A stretch of DNA of 64,000 nucleotides, taken from Octopus vulgaris (Eukaryota). The notes under the pieces were generated by a model. It searched no databases and was not told where the DNA came from. It saw only the letters and a list, made by a program, of their open reading frames with translations. Position numbers and translations under genes: made by a program. Location of the stretch: assembly GCA_951406725.2 (NCBI GenBank), contig OX597828.1, positions 13,640,001-13,704,000 of the forward strand, read 5' to 3'. Below, piece by piece: positions 44,721-59,360 of the stretch (position 1 is the first letter of the stretch; each line of letters starts with the position of its first letter).

Positions 44721-47557
44721 AGGAGGACCCTCTTTGGTCACAAATGAACAGGAGATTGCACCGAGAAAGTTTCTCTCTAAGGCACAAATCCAAGAAAGAC
44801 CATCAGTCTCCCCTTTCCATGCCACCAATATTGTCCAAGGGAAATGCAAAGGACAATACAGCCTGGCACCAGTGATGTTGCAATTTGTTTCCACAGCTGA
44901 GTAAACTGGAACAGCATGAAATAAAGTGTCTTGCTGAAGAACACAACACATAACCCAGTCTGGGAAATGAACTCACAACCTCATGATTGTAAGCTCGATG
45001 CTCTAACCAATGAGCTATGTGCCTTGACTACATGACAGATAGAGATCAACAGAGCTAAAGGTTGTTAGTTAAATGGTAGAAAAACAAAAACATTACTATT
45101 AGGCAAGAACTAAGAGGCCTAAGGAAAACCAATACAAATTCTTGCCTTTTAAACCTAATGTTTAATACCTTCATTGTATATTGTGAAAGAATCTGAAGTG
45201 GACAAAAATCATTCTTTGTTTGATATGCAGTTTGGAGAGACAGATGTACATGAATAAGAAAATAGTTCCACAGCTGAAACAACATCAACATAAGCTAACA
45301 AAAGAACCTCTACATTATCATCATCATCATCTTTTCAATGTTCACTTTTCTATATTTGCATGGGTCGAATATAATTTGTTGAGGCAGTGTTTCTATGACC
45401 AGATGTCCCTCCAGTTGCCAAGCAAGGTGATATCTCTCCAAGGCCAGACCTATTTCCACAGAAGACAGGAAATGAAGGACACCACTTGAATGACAGTGAT
45501 GCTTGTTTACAACTATCGCATGAAGCTAAGGCAAGAAGACACAAATATGCATACACATGGTGGGCTTCTTTTAGTTTCCATCTACCAGTTCTACTTACAA
45601 GGGTTTTGTTGGCCTGAGGCTGTAGTGGAAGACTCTTGCCCAAGGTACCGTACAGTGGGACTGAACTCATAATTATGTCCTTAGGAAGCATATTTCTTAA
45701 CCACACAGCCAAACCTGCTCTTCTACATGGTTGCATAACCTGCTAGAAACTGCTGTGAAATTTCCCTCAAATTACAAATTGCAGACTAAATAAAAAAAAA
45801 AGATAATAAATGGATGGTTATGATTATAAAACCTTTCATCATTAAGTCTATACATCCAGGATTAAGCAACAATATGATACCAATGCTAATATAATTAACT
45901 TGGAAAATAATTCACTTAAAACCATTCTTTGTGATGGCTATAGGAATTGATTGGAAAATTCTTGGAATCCCAATGGAGTAAGAGAGAAACCTAACTCTTC
46001 TTCAGACAACAGCAACATAAGATTTAACTGTTAGATAAGGACCAAACTACTTGGAATCAATAATGAGTTGCTGTTCTTTAGCCCCAGGCCATCTCTGATA
46101 GAGTAGAACTATGAACAAATGGATTCTAGCTAGAATTAAGCTGTCTTTTTTTCTCTTTTTTCACATATTTTCAGATAATGTGTCTCAGGTGATATCCAAT
46201 GTGTTCTTTTCAGAAGCTAGTAGGGTGTGCTTTGAGGCAGATTTGCTTGCTATTTCTAACAAGTCAAGTGATCACAGAGGTTCTCTCACTGGCTTATCCA
46301 TCACTATGTAGGGTTATTATTCTCTTTACTCTTTTACTTGTTTCAGTCATTTGACTGCTTTGACATGGTTTTCTACAGCTTGGTGTCCTTTCTAGTTTCA
46401 GCCACTTTACTGCATGAACTGGGTGCTTTTCCTTTGTGACAATAAGATGTATATCTACATGGTTGATTAGCATGCTAGAAATAGCAACAAAATCTCCCTC
46501 AAACCACATTCTAGTATTATTGGATAATGTAGTTTTGGATACGCTATGACCAAAAAGAAAAACAAAACGACGATTATGACTGGAACACCATTGTTCATCA
46601 TATATCTTGCTTAATCAGGCCTGACCTGGATTTCAGCAACAACCATTTTGGTCCATATGAAGCATGAAATAAGTTGAAATATAAAACAACCAGTTTTACA
46701 CATTGAAGTAAATAGCTGATGAAAATAATAAAATAAAGATTTATATGAAAGGACAGGAAAACTAACAGAATTTGATGAAACAATATTGAATCTTTTGGTT
46801 CAGTTGATTTATAAGATTATAATTTTTCGGACACTTAATCTAGGTTTCAATAAATTACATCTCCAATCATGATCATATTCCTTAAAGTGGACATCACATC
46901 AAATCTTTTACTGAAAGATAAATAGAAATATCTGAAAATTTGGATGTAAATTGTTCATGCATCAGTGATTTAGTGGTTAGCAACATTTAGCTTAGAAATT
47001 AGCTTAGCTAGGTCAAGTGTAGCCTGATGATGACTGGAGATCAAACTGATTAAAATGTGAAAATGTGGGGGGTTATAATCATTATCATTGATTTAACACT
47101 TGCTTTTCCATGATTATATGGATTGGACAGGATTCATTGAGGCAAATTATCTATGGCTGGATACCCTTCCTGCTGCCAACCCTCACCTATTTTCAAGCAA
47201 ATTAATATTTCCCCATGACCAGAAATGTTTACATAGCAAACTGGAAGCAAAGGGCTTGACATGTATGATGGTGACAAAACAAGGACATACACATATGTCA
47301 AAACAAGGACATACACATATAAGGATATATACATAAGCAAGGCTGTTTTCAGTTTTGATCAACCCAAACTACTTACAAGGCCTTGATCAACCCAGGGTTA
47401 TAGATGAAAACATTGCTCTAAAGTGCATAGTGCTCAACACTACATTGGTGGATAAAATTTCTTTGTGTATTAAGGCTACCACTGGTTTCATGTTAAGAAA
47501 ATTACGTTAATATCTTAACATGACACCAATAGTAGCCTAAAGAAATATATATATATA

Positions 47558-47935
47558 AGCGCAGGAGTGGCTGTGTAGTAAGTAGCTTGCTTACCAGCCA
47601 CATGGTTCTGAGTTCAGTCCCACTGCATGGCACCTTGGGCTGACCAAAGCCTTGTGAGTGAATTTGGTAGACGGAAACTGAAAGAAGCCCGTCATATATA
47701 TATATATATATCTGTGTGTGTGTGTGTATGTTGCATATCTATGTTTGTCCCTCCAACATCACTTGACAACCAATGCTGGTGTGTTTAGGTCCCCGTAACT
47801 TAGCAGTTCGGCAAAATAGACTGATAGACTAAGTACTAGGCTTACAAAGAATAAGTCCTGGGGTTAACTTGATTCGACTAAAGGCAGTGCTCCAACGTGG
47901 CCACAGTCAAATGACTGAAACAAGTAAAATAAAAG
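47558..47935 (+). mobile_element. SINE family A
   Basis: Full length with a small internal deletion. Confidence 0.85.
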
Positions 47936-48708
47936 AAAATATATATATTGTTGCTATTATGCAAAAGTGTCATAAGTCCAAAATGTTGCTTTTTCAGAAA
48001 ACAAAAAATAGTTTCACCATTCCATTTCTGCTTACTTTAGCAACAGTTTCAGTTTAACGAAATACTTTGTTGGGTGCATAAAATCGTAACTTCATGCATG
48101 TATGATATTTTCAGACTTACTACACTTCCGAAAAATGCTAAACCGTTGTACTACACTTTGACAATTTTCATATCTCAGCATCTGAAGCAGCTGAAGATAT
48201 GATAGTCTGACCAAAAGAACCAGCTAATGCAAACAAAATTAAATATTGGGAAAAAAAAATGCATTTGACCAAATTTGGACATACAACAGTTTAACATAAT
48301 AGCAATGATATATATATATATTAGAAACACTGCCAGATCTGACTGGGCCTGACGAAGCCTTCCAGCTTCACAGACCCCAGTTGACCCGTGCTAGCATGGA
48401 AAGCGGACGCTAAATGATGATGATGATGATGACATACACACACATAAAGAGTTTCAGTTTTTGCCTAGCAAATCCACTCACAAGGCTTTGGTTAACCCAA
48501 GACTACTGTAGAAGACACTTGCCAAAGGCACCATGCAGTGGGATTGAACCCAGAACCATGTGGTTAGGAAGCGAACTTCTTATCACACAGTCACACCTGC
48601 ATATTTGCATAAATATTGGGGGGAAAGAAAAAACTTATTTATTATATATACATCCATAACAGATAAAACATTTGTCAGAAAGATGTTTAATTAGTAAATG
48701 TATGTTAA

Positions 48709-50474
48709 TCTAGAATATAAATCCCATTCTGTGTGTGTGTGTGCAAAAGATTATAACAGCTGTATTTTTTAACTGATTTTCTTGAAACTGGGAGCATTAC
48801 TTATGTTCCAGGGATGTTTTTAGACTCTACTGGTCATAAAAAAAAAATTAAATATTGCTTTTTATATTAGATTCACAACTTTGAAAGTTTTAAGATATTT
48901 ACTTCCCGTTTTCTAGCATCAGTGATGTCTATATCTATCTATCTATCTCTCCCTCTCGTTTATCTCTCTCCATCTCTCCCTATCTCTATCTAGCCCTCTC
49001 TCTCTAGCTCTTTCTATCTAGCTCTCTCTCTATCTAGTTCTAGCTATCTGTCTGTATCTTATCTATCTTATTTGTTTAACTAGCTAGCTCCTGCTCTCTC
49101 TCTCTCTATATATATATATCTCACTCACTCTCTATTGTTTTCACTTTTATTTTTTAGATGCTATTGTTTCCACTTTAAGTTCAATCACTGTTGTTTTCAC
49201 TGTAAGTTTTTAATCGCTATTTACAAACAATGACAACAAATTACAGACCGAAAGAAGTTCACAATTACTGAAAGTAATTTCATACACAATTTACTGACAA
49301 AAGTAACTTCATAAATTTCACTTCAATCTGTACACTTAGTTAATTTCCCAAATAATTTATTTACTTTTGCAATAGTTTTGTGTTTTCCTATTGTAAATGG
49401 CTTTTTTTTTGGTTCCTTTGATACTGGCTCTTTGGTTCACTAACAAATTTCGCTTCAACCTAATTCTTTATTTTCCAAAAAAATTCCTTATTTACTTTCT
49501 GCCCGTTGTATTAAGAAATATAATTTCCATTACCCAGTTATTTTCATCGTTTACTATCTTCTGCACCCGTGTATTTCTGTAGACATATATAACCATGCCA
49601 AGAAGGAAAGTTTCAAATTTGTCTACAATGTCAAGGTCAGCCAAAAAGAATGTCCAGAGAGACAGCTGTAGAAAGGGAAGCATACCAAGAAATGAACAGA
49701 CTGTACACTAAAAAAGCCAGAACATCTCAAAGTGATGAACGGCGGCATTCACAGCTGACAAGGAATAGGATCTCCCCTGCAGAACAAAGAGCAGTTGTAA
49801 CAGCTTAGAGAAGCAACTTCTATGAAGCAGCTTTCAATTATGATTCAGCAGTTCATTTATGCAGTTGACACTAGAGTTTCCATTGGTGTATACATTGTAA
49901 AGCAAGGAAATGGCCTGGAGAGACATCTGCACTGTGCTGCAGTGGTGGAAAGGTAAAACTCGCTGTTTATTCTCCAACCTCCAGAGCCACTGAAGAAACT
50001 GTTATTAACTAACCAAGATTCCAACCACTTCCAAAACAAAATTAGGCAATACAACGCTGCACTACAGATGACATCATTTGGAGCCACAAGAGATTTAGCT
50101 GAGCCAGGATTCATGCAAACTTTCAAGATCTAAGGTCAGATTTATCGTTAGATTGACTCTCTACTACCTCTGTCAAATGAATCATCAAAATCCACCTGTC
50201 GTTGTTTATAATCTGTACCTGCTTTTTGGTTATGAAATAAGCTAGACAGAGCGTGTTTTTGAATTACGGGTATTTACTTTACATACATATAAGAGTTGCA
50301 ATCTTTCTTTTAACATTTTGCTTAACATCTATGTTCCATGCTGGCATGGGTTGGAGAGTTATTAATGTAGAAAGTTCGTATCTCAGCTACAAGCAGTTGA
50401 GATCTGTATAATCTAGATAGTGCTTTTAAATTTCATTATTCTTTAACCTGGGCAACACCAGGTATCTCTGCTGG
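48709..50474 (+). mobile_element. Internally deleted Helitron (rolling-circle transposon)
   Basis: Putative 5' A|TC at 48708-48710; 3' hairpin ACCTGG-GCAACA-CCAGGT (50446-50463) followed by CTGG|T (CTRR); degenerate RepHel N-terminus at about 49595-50190 (CIHCKARKWPGETSALCCSGGKVKL, FQNKIRQYNAALQMTSFG, TFKI*GQIYR*IDSLLP). The 5' end is less certain. Confidence 0.82.
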
Positions 50475-52221
50475 TTTTATTAATATAAAAAGTACGTTTG
50501 CACTCCAGATAACTTGCTTATTATGTAGTTATGTGGTTCACTGTATAGGATTTCTGGCTCAATTTGTTGATATCCACTTACAATGAGTTTGGTTGTTGAA
50601 TTATTAGTTTTCAGAAACAACGTAAACACAAGACCACATCAACTATTGTTACTTTCAAGATGTCAGAGCTAATTAGGTTGAGAAATCAATATCTGTTAAT
50701 TTAGCTTATCACCTTTGTTTTAATTTTTAATAAAGCGATAGCATCCAATCTATGGTCACTTCAAGTTCTTCATTAATGCTATCGATCCAGTGCAGACAAT
50801 AGGTGCACAAAAGGCATATTGAGAGAGTGCCAGATGTACTGAGGAAGATAATATCAAAAGCAGTCATGAATTAAAAAAGAAATACAAGCTGCTCTACTGA
50901 CTGGGTGACAGAGCGCTGGTATTAGAGATAAGCAGTTAGAATTTGGATTAGATTCACTGGGTGACAGTCATTATCAACAGCAAGGATTTTGTTTAGCATT
51001 TAAACTGGCCATATCTGGCCCAAATATTCTATCTGTTTTATGTTCAAGATAACTAAATCAGGCCTCTCATATCTACCCTATGAACATTATTCTAAAAACA
51101 ATCACATTACATCACTGAAATCCTGAAGCTATGAGATAATGCATGAGTAATTCAAAACAATGAATAAATAAGTATCAAATTTGACAGATTAACCTGAATG
51201 TTAACTTGAATGCACCAGTGATGGTGGAACTATACGGTCTCTTGACTTGTTAAAAGTAGCAGTCAAATCTCCCCTAAATCCACCTAACTATATTAACAAG
51301 GAGGTACTGACAGATTAAATAGTGTAGTTACAATTACCCATAAAAAGACAGGATGGTATTGACTTCCATTGCTTAGATCAAAGGTCTACTCAACCAGGAC
51401 ATGCAGATTTGAACATCAACAGCGACTGAGTTTTTTGAAATTCTGTCTTACCACAAAAGGTAGACAACTAACTTTCTATTGTGGTGTTGTAATAATATAA
51501 AAGGTGGACACTAAATGTAACATCAGTGATGATTGGTGATCGACTAGACAGGCTAAAGATGCTCAGTTGAATGAAAAAAGGGGTTGAAAAAAAAGGATCA
51601 GGCTCAGCTCCACTGAATGGCATTTTGAGCATGTGTCCTCCTATGATAGCACCATGCTGACCAATGTCTTGCGAGTAAATTTGGTACATGGAAACTGTGT
51701 GGAAGCTTATCTTTGTGTGTGTGTGTGAGTATGTATGTGTATGTGTGTATGTGAGTGTGTGTGCATGCATGTGAGCATGTTTGCAATTGTCCACCCCATC
51801 ACTCCATCATTTGATCAGCAGTTTTGATTTGTTTACCTTCCCATAACCTGGCAGTGCAGCAAAAGGAGGCTAATAAAATAAGTGCCATACTGAAAATAAG
51901 GATTAGGGTTGATTTGTTCAACGTAAAACCCTTGAAGATGGTTCTGCAGAAATGGCTGCAGTTCAACAAGTGAAATAAACAAAAGAATAAAAGAATTAAC
52001 GGTGAGTGAATTGAAAAAGTAATTGTGTTTTGAAAGATGCTAGCCATTACATAAAATAAAAATGACCATGCAGGTACAGACCTGTTACAGAAATGGTTAA
52101 TATATGCTTTGTATTATCAACTGGTTTGTACGAGGTCATTCATTAACACACGCCAACTTCTAGTGCATCAACTTACTACTTCCCCTCTCTGCCTTGTCTA
52201 CTGATATACAATGACCTCTGT

Positions 52222-52925
52222 GGAGGCGCAATGGCCCAGTGGTTAGGGCAGTAGACTCACAGTTGGAGGATTGCGGTTTTAATTCCCAGACAGAGTGTTG
52301 TGTTTATTGAGTGAAAACACCTAAAGCTCCACAAGGCGCCAGCAGGGGATGGTGGCGAACCCTGCTGTACTCTTTCATCACAACTTTCTCTCACTCTTTC
52401 TTCATGTTTCTGCCGTACCTGTATTTCAAAGGGCCAGCCTTGTCACACTCTGTGTTATGCTGAATCTCCCCTGAGAACTACGTTAACGGTACACGTGTCT
52501 ATGGAGTGCTCAGCCACTTGCATGTTAATTTCAAAAGCAGACTGTTCTGTTGATCGGATCAACTGGAACCCTCATCGTCCTAGCCGACAGAGTGCCATGA
52601 CAATGATCTCTAAGAAAGGCGTGTGGCTTAGTGGTTAGGGTATTTGGCTCATGATCAAAGGATCATGAGTTCGATTCCCAGTGGCACATTATATCCTTGA
52701 GCAACACACTTTATTTCACGTTGCCCTAGCCCACTTAACTGGCAAAAATGAGTTGTATCTGCATTTCAAAGGGCCAGCTATTTCATGCTGAATCTCCCTG
52801 AGAACTATGTTAAGGGGATGCATATCTGTGGAATGCTCAGCCGCTTGCACATTAATTCCATAAGCAGGCTGTTCCATTGGTTGGATCACCTGGAACCCTC
52901 ATTGTCATAACTGACAGGGTGCCAG
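52222..52925 (+). mobile_element. Two tandem tRNA-derived SINEs sharing a 3' body (52222-52597 and 52615-52925)
   Basis: Different tRNA heads; same TTCAAAGGGCCAGC...CTGGAACCCTC...GTGCCA body. Confidence 0.8.
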
Positions 52926-55021
52926 TTTGTAGTGACCTCTGTTCTTCAAATTCCAGGAGCTCCTGATTAATTTTTATTTGTCTGTCACCCTGATCTTGGC
53001 TAACTTTTGTAATCACTCCTTCCTTATGAGAATATTGGATTGCTAGAATTCCCTCTCTGCACAAGTTTTTTTCCAGCAGCTGTTGATTTGCAAGTCTTCA
53101 GGGGTCACACTGAACATGTTGTTTTCATCAGTTTTATGGGATTTGTAAAGGCCATAAACATATTTCCTTCCCACCAACCAATCGAATGATTTTTTTTATA
53201 TTTAAAAATGAAAATAATAATAAATGGTAATAGTTTCCATCTACCAAATTCACTCACAAGGCATTGGTTGGCCTGAGGCTAGAAGAAACTTGCCCAAGGT
53301 GCTATGCAGTGGGAGTGAACCAGGGACAATGTGGTTAGAAAGCAAGCTTCTTACCACACAGCTATGTCTGCACCTATATGTCTATACACACATACACACA
53401 ATCAGCTTCCACAGAGTTTCTGCTTACCAAATTCACTCACTAAGCTCAGGGCTATAGTAGAAGCCTCTACAGAGTTGATCAGCCTGCTAGAAGCAATCCT
53501 AAAATTTCCTTAAAATATTCTTTTTTATTCTCAGCACAAAGCTCAAAATTTTGGGGGAGGGCACCAGTTGATTAGACCGACCCTAGTATGCAAATGGTAC
53601 TTAATTAATCAACCCTGAAAGGATGACAGGCAAAGTCGACCTCAGCGGAATTTGAATTCAGAATGTAAAGACAGACAAAATATCACTAAGAATTTCGCCC
53701 ACCGTGCTAATGTTTCTGCCAGCTCGTCACTTTTCCTTAAAATATTGAGGACACATTAGATAATGTAGCCTTACACGGCCTTAAAAAGATGAGATGGTCA
53801 CAGCTGGAAAGCTCTTGATCATACAGAAGTTTGGTCGATTAGTGTTGAGCTGGGATTAAACGGCAATGACAACTTTACATGCTGAGTTGATTATTTTAGT
53901 TTTGTGCCAACATGAACAAATTGTAAATAACATTGATTATAAAACTGTTCCTGATTATGACTAAAATCAATAGTTTCAGCTATCACTTTTGTTTTAAAGG
54001 CATCCTAATGAGATTTGGATTTGTAATTTGGGTTGATCAATTATTGATAAACAGCATACAGCAAATACAAACCCAGTAGCATTCAAACTGACTAAATCTA
54101 AACAAAGGTATTTGTTCCAACTGGCCATATTTGAACAGAACTTCCCATTGATAATATCATGCACATAACGACATAATTTTCTCATTTCACTCAATTTATA
54201 TGAATACGTTAACATCTGGCTAATTGGGATAATACAATGTCAGCTATCGTTTACAGTACTTTCCTTTTCTTACCAAGATAAATAGAAAAAGCAAACAAAA
54301 AGTAAAACCATTCCTAGTATAATGTTTATAAACCTAACTTACACTTGAGAGAAATCCTAGAGGTAATTAACAGATATTGTTGCTAAGAACATAATACATG
54401 TGAATCTGAAAACATAGTGTTTAGCTTTGAAACAATAATGCTAACAACATGTTAACCCTTTTGTTACTGTATTTATTTTGAGATGCTCTGAGTTTTTGTC
54501 AATTAATTTCAAATATAACAAAGAATTTAGTAAAATTGTGACTAAGATTTGGTGGAAGATTTTAATTCAAAAGCTATGAAAACAAGACATTTGTAGTACA
54601 GAGCCAGAGGTGTTTTCATCCGGGGTGGTATCGAAAGTGTGAACATATCTAACATTCAGAAGCAATAACTTGGATCTCTGTCCGTGTCACTGAGCATAGT
54701 TGTTTAGCCCATATCAGGACAATTACACTCCCATAGGACAATTATCCCTGATGACAATTACCCTGCTCTCTAATATATTAAAAAGCTTTAAATCATCATC
54801 TGTTGTCTGCTGGGGGACTATTGTCCATGAGGGGTATTGTTTAACCTGCTAGAAACAACAGTAAAGTTTCTCTAAAATCTCTCTTCCTCACTCTTCACGC
54901 TCCTGTCTACCCTGTTCACTTTTGTATTGCCATTTATCACCTCTTCCCCATTCCTATTTCCTTCATCTGCACCCCACTGACTATGCTTCCTTTCCAGTTT
55001 GCCACTTGCTGCACCACCTAT

Positions 55022-55234
55022 CTCTTTTACTCTTTTACTTGTTTCAGTCATTTGACTGTGGCCAGGCTGGAGCACCGCCTTTAGTCGAGCAAATTGACCC
55101 CAGGACTTATTCTTTGTAAGCCTAGTACTTATTCCATCGGTCTCTTTTGCCGAACCACTAAGTTACGGGGATGTAAACACACCAGCATCAGTTGTCAAGC
55201 GATGTTGGGGGGACAAATACAGACATACAAACAT

Positions 55235-55267
<33 letters not shown>

Positions 55268-55431
55268 CATATATACAACGGACTTCTTTCAGTTTCCATC
55301 TACCAAATCCACTCACAAGGCTTTGGTCGGCCCGAGGCTATAGTAGAAGACACTTGCCCAAGGTGCCACACAGTGGGACTGAACCTGGAACCATGTGGTT
55401 GGTAAGCAAGCTACTTACCACACAGCCACTC
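55022..55431 (-). mobile_element. SINE family A
   Basis: Full length; source of spurious ORFs 55094 and 55192. Confidence 0.87.
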
Positions 55432-57360
55432 TTTTTGTTAATGAATAGTTGGAAGAGAAAAGCAGTGCCCATGACACTTTTTGTAAGACCTCCATATTTG
55501 GTGGAGAAAAAACCAAAAACATATCCAGACACCCGATCCATCCAATTGTTTGCAACAGAACAGATTCCTTTTACTAAAAGGCACCCAAGAACCAGGACGT
55601 GATGTTAAACAGAACAAAGGAATAAGTTTGCCACCCACGAATAGGTACAAGCTATCCAGAGATCTAAGCTCATTAGCTTTTCATTTGACTTCTTCAATAT
55701 TAATCTCTTATGAGTGCATGCATTCACTCCTTCTGTATAACTTATGCAAATAGACACTTGGTGGAACCAGAGGAAATCAGATTTGACTGCCATCTGTTAC
55801 ACAGCTAGAACAACTGTTAATACACCTTTTGTTTATACATTGACTGATTCATTATTTAAACTATATTACATTCAAATATAACCAGAACTGGAGAGAAACA
55901 CAGATCAGGTTCTCAAACTTCCTTCTTCATTCACTGATCCAATGTTTCTAAAATGTCTGGCATTTAACTCTTTTAATACCAACCTGTTTAAGACTGTCTC
56001 AGACAATCATTACAAGCTTACAGTTTAAAAGTGATCTAAAGTAAAACATTCTGCCAAAATTTCTTTTTAACATATATTCTGAACACTTACATTCTGATTT
56101 ACATTGCCATTTATTCCCATTTATATTCTGGTCCCCATCTCTCTCCTGCTCTCTCTTGCATTCCTGCTGTTTCCCACTCTTTTTCTCTCTCTCCTTCTCT
56201 TCAGGCTGGGTAACCATGTACCTCCTTTACAGCAGCATGCCTGTTTCTATACCCTCTCACTCTGGTTGAGTGACCATGTACCTCTCCTACAGCAAGACAC
56301 CTGTTTCTGTCTCTGTCCCACTATAACCGTCAATCATTTAACACAAAATCCCCTCCTACAATACCCCCTCCCATCTCAAAGGATCTTTGTCTTGCAAGTT
56401 ACTTGGTGACCCTACTGGTGCTGGTGCCACTTAGAAAGCATCCAGTCCACACTGTAAAGTGGTTGGCATTTGGAAGGGCATCCATCTGTGAAAACCTTGC
56501 CAAACTGACCTTGCCTGTGTTGGTGCCATGTAAAAAGCACTTAGTCCACTCTGCTGAGTGGTGGGTGTCAGGAAGGTATCCAGATCCACCCCCCCTGCCA
56601 AAACAGATACAGAAGTCTGGTGCAGGCTCCTGCCTGGCCAGCTCCTGTGAAACCGTTCAACTTATGCCAGCATGGAAGGCAGACATTAAACGATGATGAT
56701 AATAAAGAACACCAACTTAACAATGACAAAGCAATTTTACTAAAACAATTATAGCATGGAAGATGCATATTAGCTATACAAAAACACACAAAGACAAAAA
56801 CTTTACTTAATTATTTGGTGTCAAATTTTCAGCACACCAGCAGTACTAAAATTGGACTTGTGATTAGGTTGGAGTGGTTGCAATGAAAATTTTAACACCA
56901 AATAAATGTTTAATAAGTGTCTTCCATGTTGTAATTTTTTTCAGTTTAAACGCTTCAACACATGACTGCAGAACCAATCACTTTTCCTGGCAGTAAACAC
57001 ATCCAAAATTATTTTAAGGAATTCTACTTTATTTCCAAAATGAACCGAGACACAATATATTTCCACAGAAATATAACAATGAAAGGGCCAAACACTTTCA
57101 GATACTGAAAAGCCTTTGAAAAAGGTTATGGAATGGAACCAAACTGTTCTCTGACACTTTAAACCCTTTAGTATTTAAACTGGGTACATCCTTGCCAAAT
57201 GATCTGGCCAGATCTCACTTGTCACACCTATCCTACAATGTCATTCTAATAATATACAATTACATCATCGAAATTTCAAAGCTGCAAGTAATGCATGATT
57301 AATTCAAAAACAATGTGAATAAATAAGCATTACATTTTGCAGAATAATAAAGGTTTAAAC

Positions 57361-57670
57361 CAGGAATGGCCAACTTGTGGCCTGCACACTTTCATCTTGT
57401 AGCCCGCTTGATACTTTTTTGGAGTATTGTGTTTAATTTCAAAATAAAATTGTTTGTGTTAAACATTTGTTTCAAAATAAATTTAAAATTTATAAATGGC
57501 AATAAAGCAATAGCCTAAAATTTTATAATTTTAAACAAATGAAAAGTATGAAAAACTCTTGATTCGTAACTTGATTATTTGACTATTAGAGCATAAAGTA
57601 TACAAGTGAACCTCAAAAAACTTTCTGTGATTGAAGTTGCCCGCAATGTCATTCAAGTTGACCAGGCCTG
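57361..57670. mobile_element. hAT (Charlie-like) MITE
   Basis: CAGGAATGGCCAACTT...AAGTTGACCAGGCCTG termini; 8-bp TSD GTTTAAAC at 57353-57360 and 57671-57678. Confidence 0.85.
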
Positions 57671-59240
57671 GTTTAAACGATATCTAAATACACTACTTTT
57701 ATAGACTTTCAATAGTTTATAGTTAGAATAGTGAGGTTTCTGAGCCAATGAAGAAGCCTCTACATAGTTCACCAATCTGCTAGAAGTAGTAGTCAAAATT
57801 TCTTTTAATTGTGTCTGCCTTAAGAAAAAAAAAAAAAAAAAGGAATGGGACACATTGGAAAATGTGATCCAATAAACACTATGTCTAAAAGAAGATCACA
57901 GCTGGATCAAAGGTCTGCTCAATAACAGTGACCTGGAAAGGGAAGAGGGGTTAACATAGCAGAATATGATCAAATCCTGGACTGGGATGTGTTGTGTTCT
58001 TGAGCAAGACAATTTACTTCACGTTGCTCCAGTTCATCAGCTGTAGAAATGAGCTTCGACATCACTGGTGCCAAGCTGTATCGGACTTTGCCTTTCTTTT
58101 GGATAACATTGAAGGTGTGGAGAGGGGAGGCTGTTATGCATGGGGGACTGGTCGTATTCCATAAACAACCTTGCCTGGGCCTGTGCCTCAGTGGGTAACC
58201 TTCTAGGTGCATCCCATGGTCATTCATGACCGAAAGGGGTCTTTTACCCTTTTAAAATATGATCACAGAATATACAGTAGATAAAGGACCACCGACAATG
58301 AGCAAAACCAACACTGAAAGTGGTGCATCAGCCTGGTTGAAACAAAGACAACATTCCTGGAATACATTTCTTACCAACTCATACTTTTATTTATATTATC
58401 TTTAATGTGCTTCATTCATTAGAATGTGGCCATGCTGGAGCATGACCTTGAAGGGTTTAGTTGAATAAATCAACCAGAGAACTAATGAAGCCTGGTACTT
58501 TTTCTATTAACTTCTTTTGTTGACCTACTAAGTTATGCAGACATAAACAAACCTACACCAGTTGTCAAGTGATGGAGAGGGAACATACAGACAAACACAC
58601 ACACACATACAGCAGGATTCCACACAATTTTCTTCTACCAAATTCATTCAGAAGACATTGTTCACCCCAGAGCTCAAGCAGAAGACACTTGCCTAAGGTG
58701 CTGCGCAGTGGGACTGACCCCAGTACCACATGGTTCTAAAGCAAGCTTCTTAGCCACACAGCCATACCAGCACCTAATTACTTTTTCAATTATTATGGCT
58801 CACTCTTCAATTAATATACTTGAAGAAATTGTTCCTATAACCGATTTATACTTAATTTTTTTTTCATAACCTGATTATACTTCTCTATGCTTAAGATAAT
58901 CCATTTCTTCTCTCTACAGCACGTCTGACAACCATCTGTTGTCTTTAATTTATTACCTCATAAAAAATCTTTTGCATGTCATAAAAACCTGACTGTAAGT
59001 ATTTATGTACAATTTGTTAGAAAATACAGGTAAGAATACTGCTTGATTTACACAATATCAATCCCAGAATGAAACAAATCAATAAACTGAACTGATTAGT
59101 AGCAGTACAAATGAAGAACTTTCTACAGTTTGATGTATCAGCCAAATTTCTTTCTTGACACATTTTTGAAATACAGTTCATGTTTTGAAGTTCTTAATAA
59201 ACAGCATAGCACAGACATAGCTTAAGATTAATGCTGTGTC

Positions 59241-59360
59241 AGATACAGGCATCCAGCAACAGGACCTCCGTAATGCTATGATGGACCGTGAAGTCTGGCG
59301 TAGCATGGTAAATTCCATTGTCTCGACCACGGTCGAACAATGATGATGATGATGATGATG
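59241..59360 (+). mobile_element. Short 3' tail of the 7.5-kb RTE family
   Basis: Same about 110-bp tail plus (GAT)n; flanking duplication TGTCAGATA. Confidence 0.85.

Noticed and set aside
47020-47050. CTGATGA hammerhead-like box (also weak motif at 530-565 on the minus strand)
   Set aside because: No GAAA box at the required position; too degenerate to call.
54343-54356. 14-nt minus-strand micro-exon AG|GATTTCTCTCAAGT|GTAAGT
   Set aside because: Weak polypyrimidine tract; expected by chance in 30 kb of AT-rich DNA.
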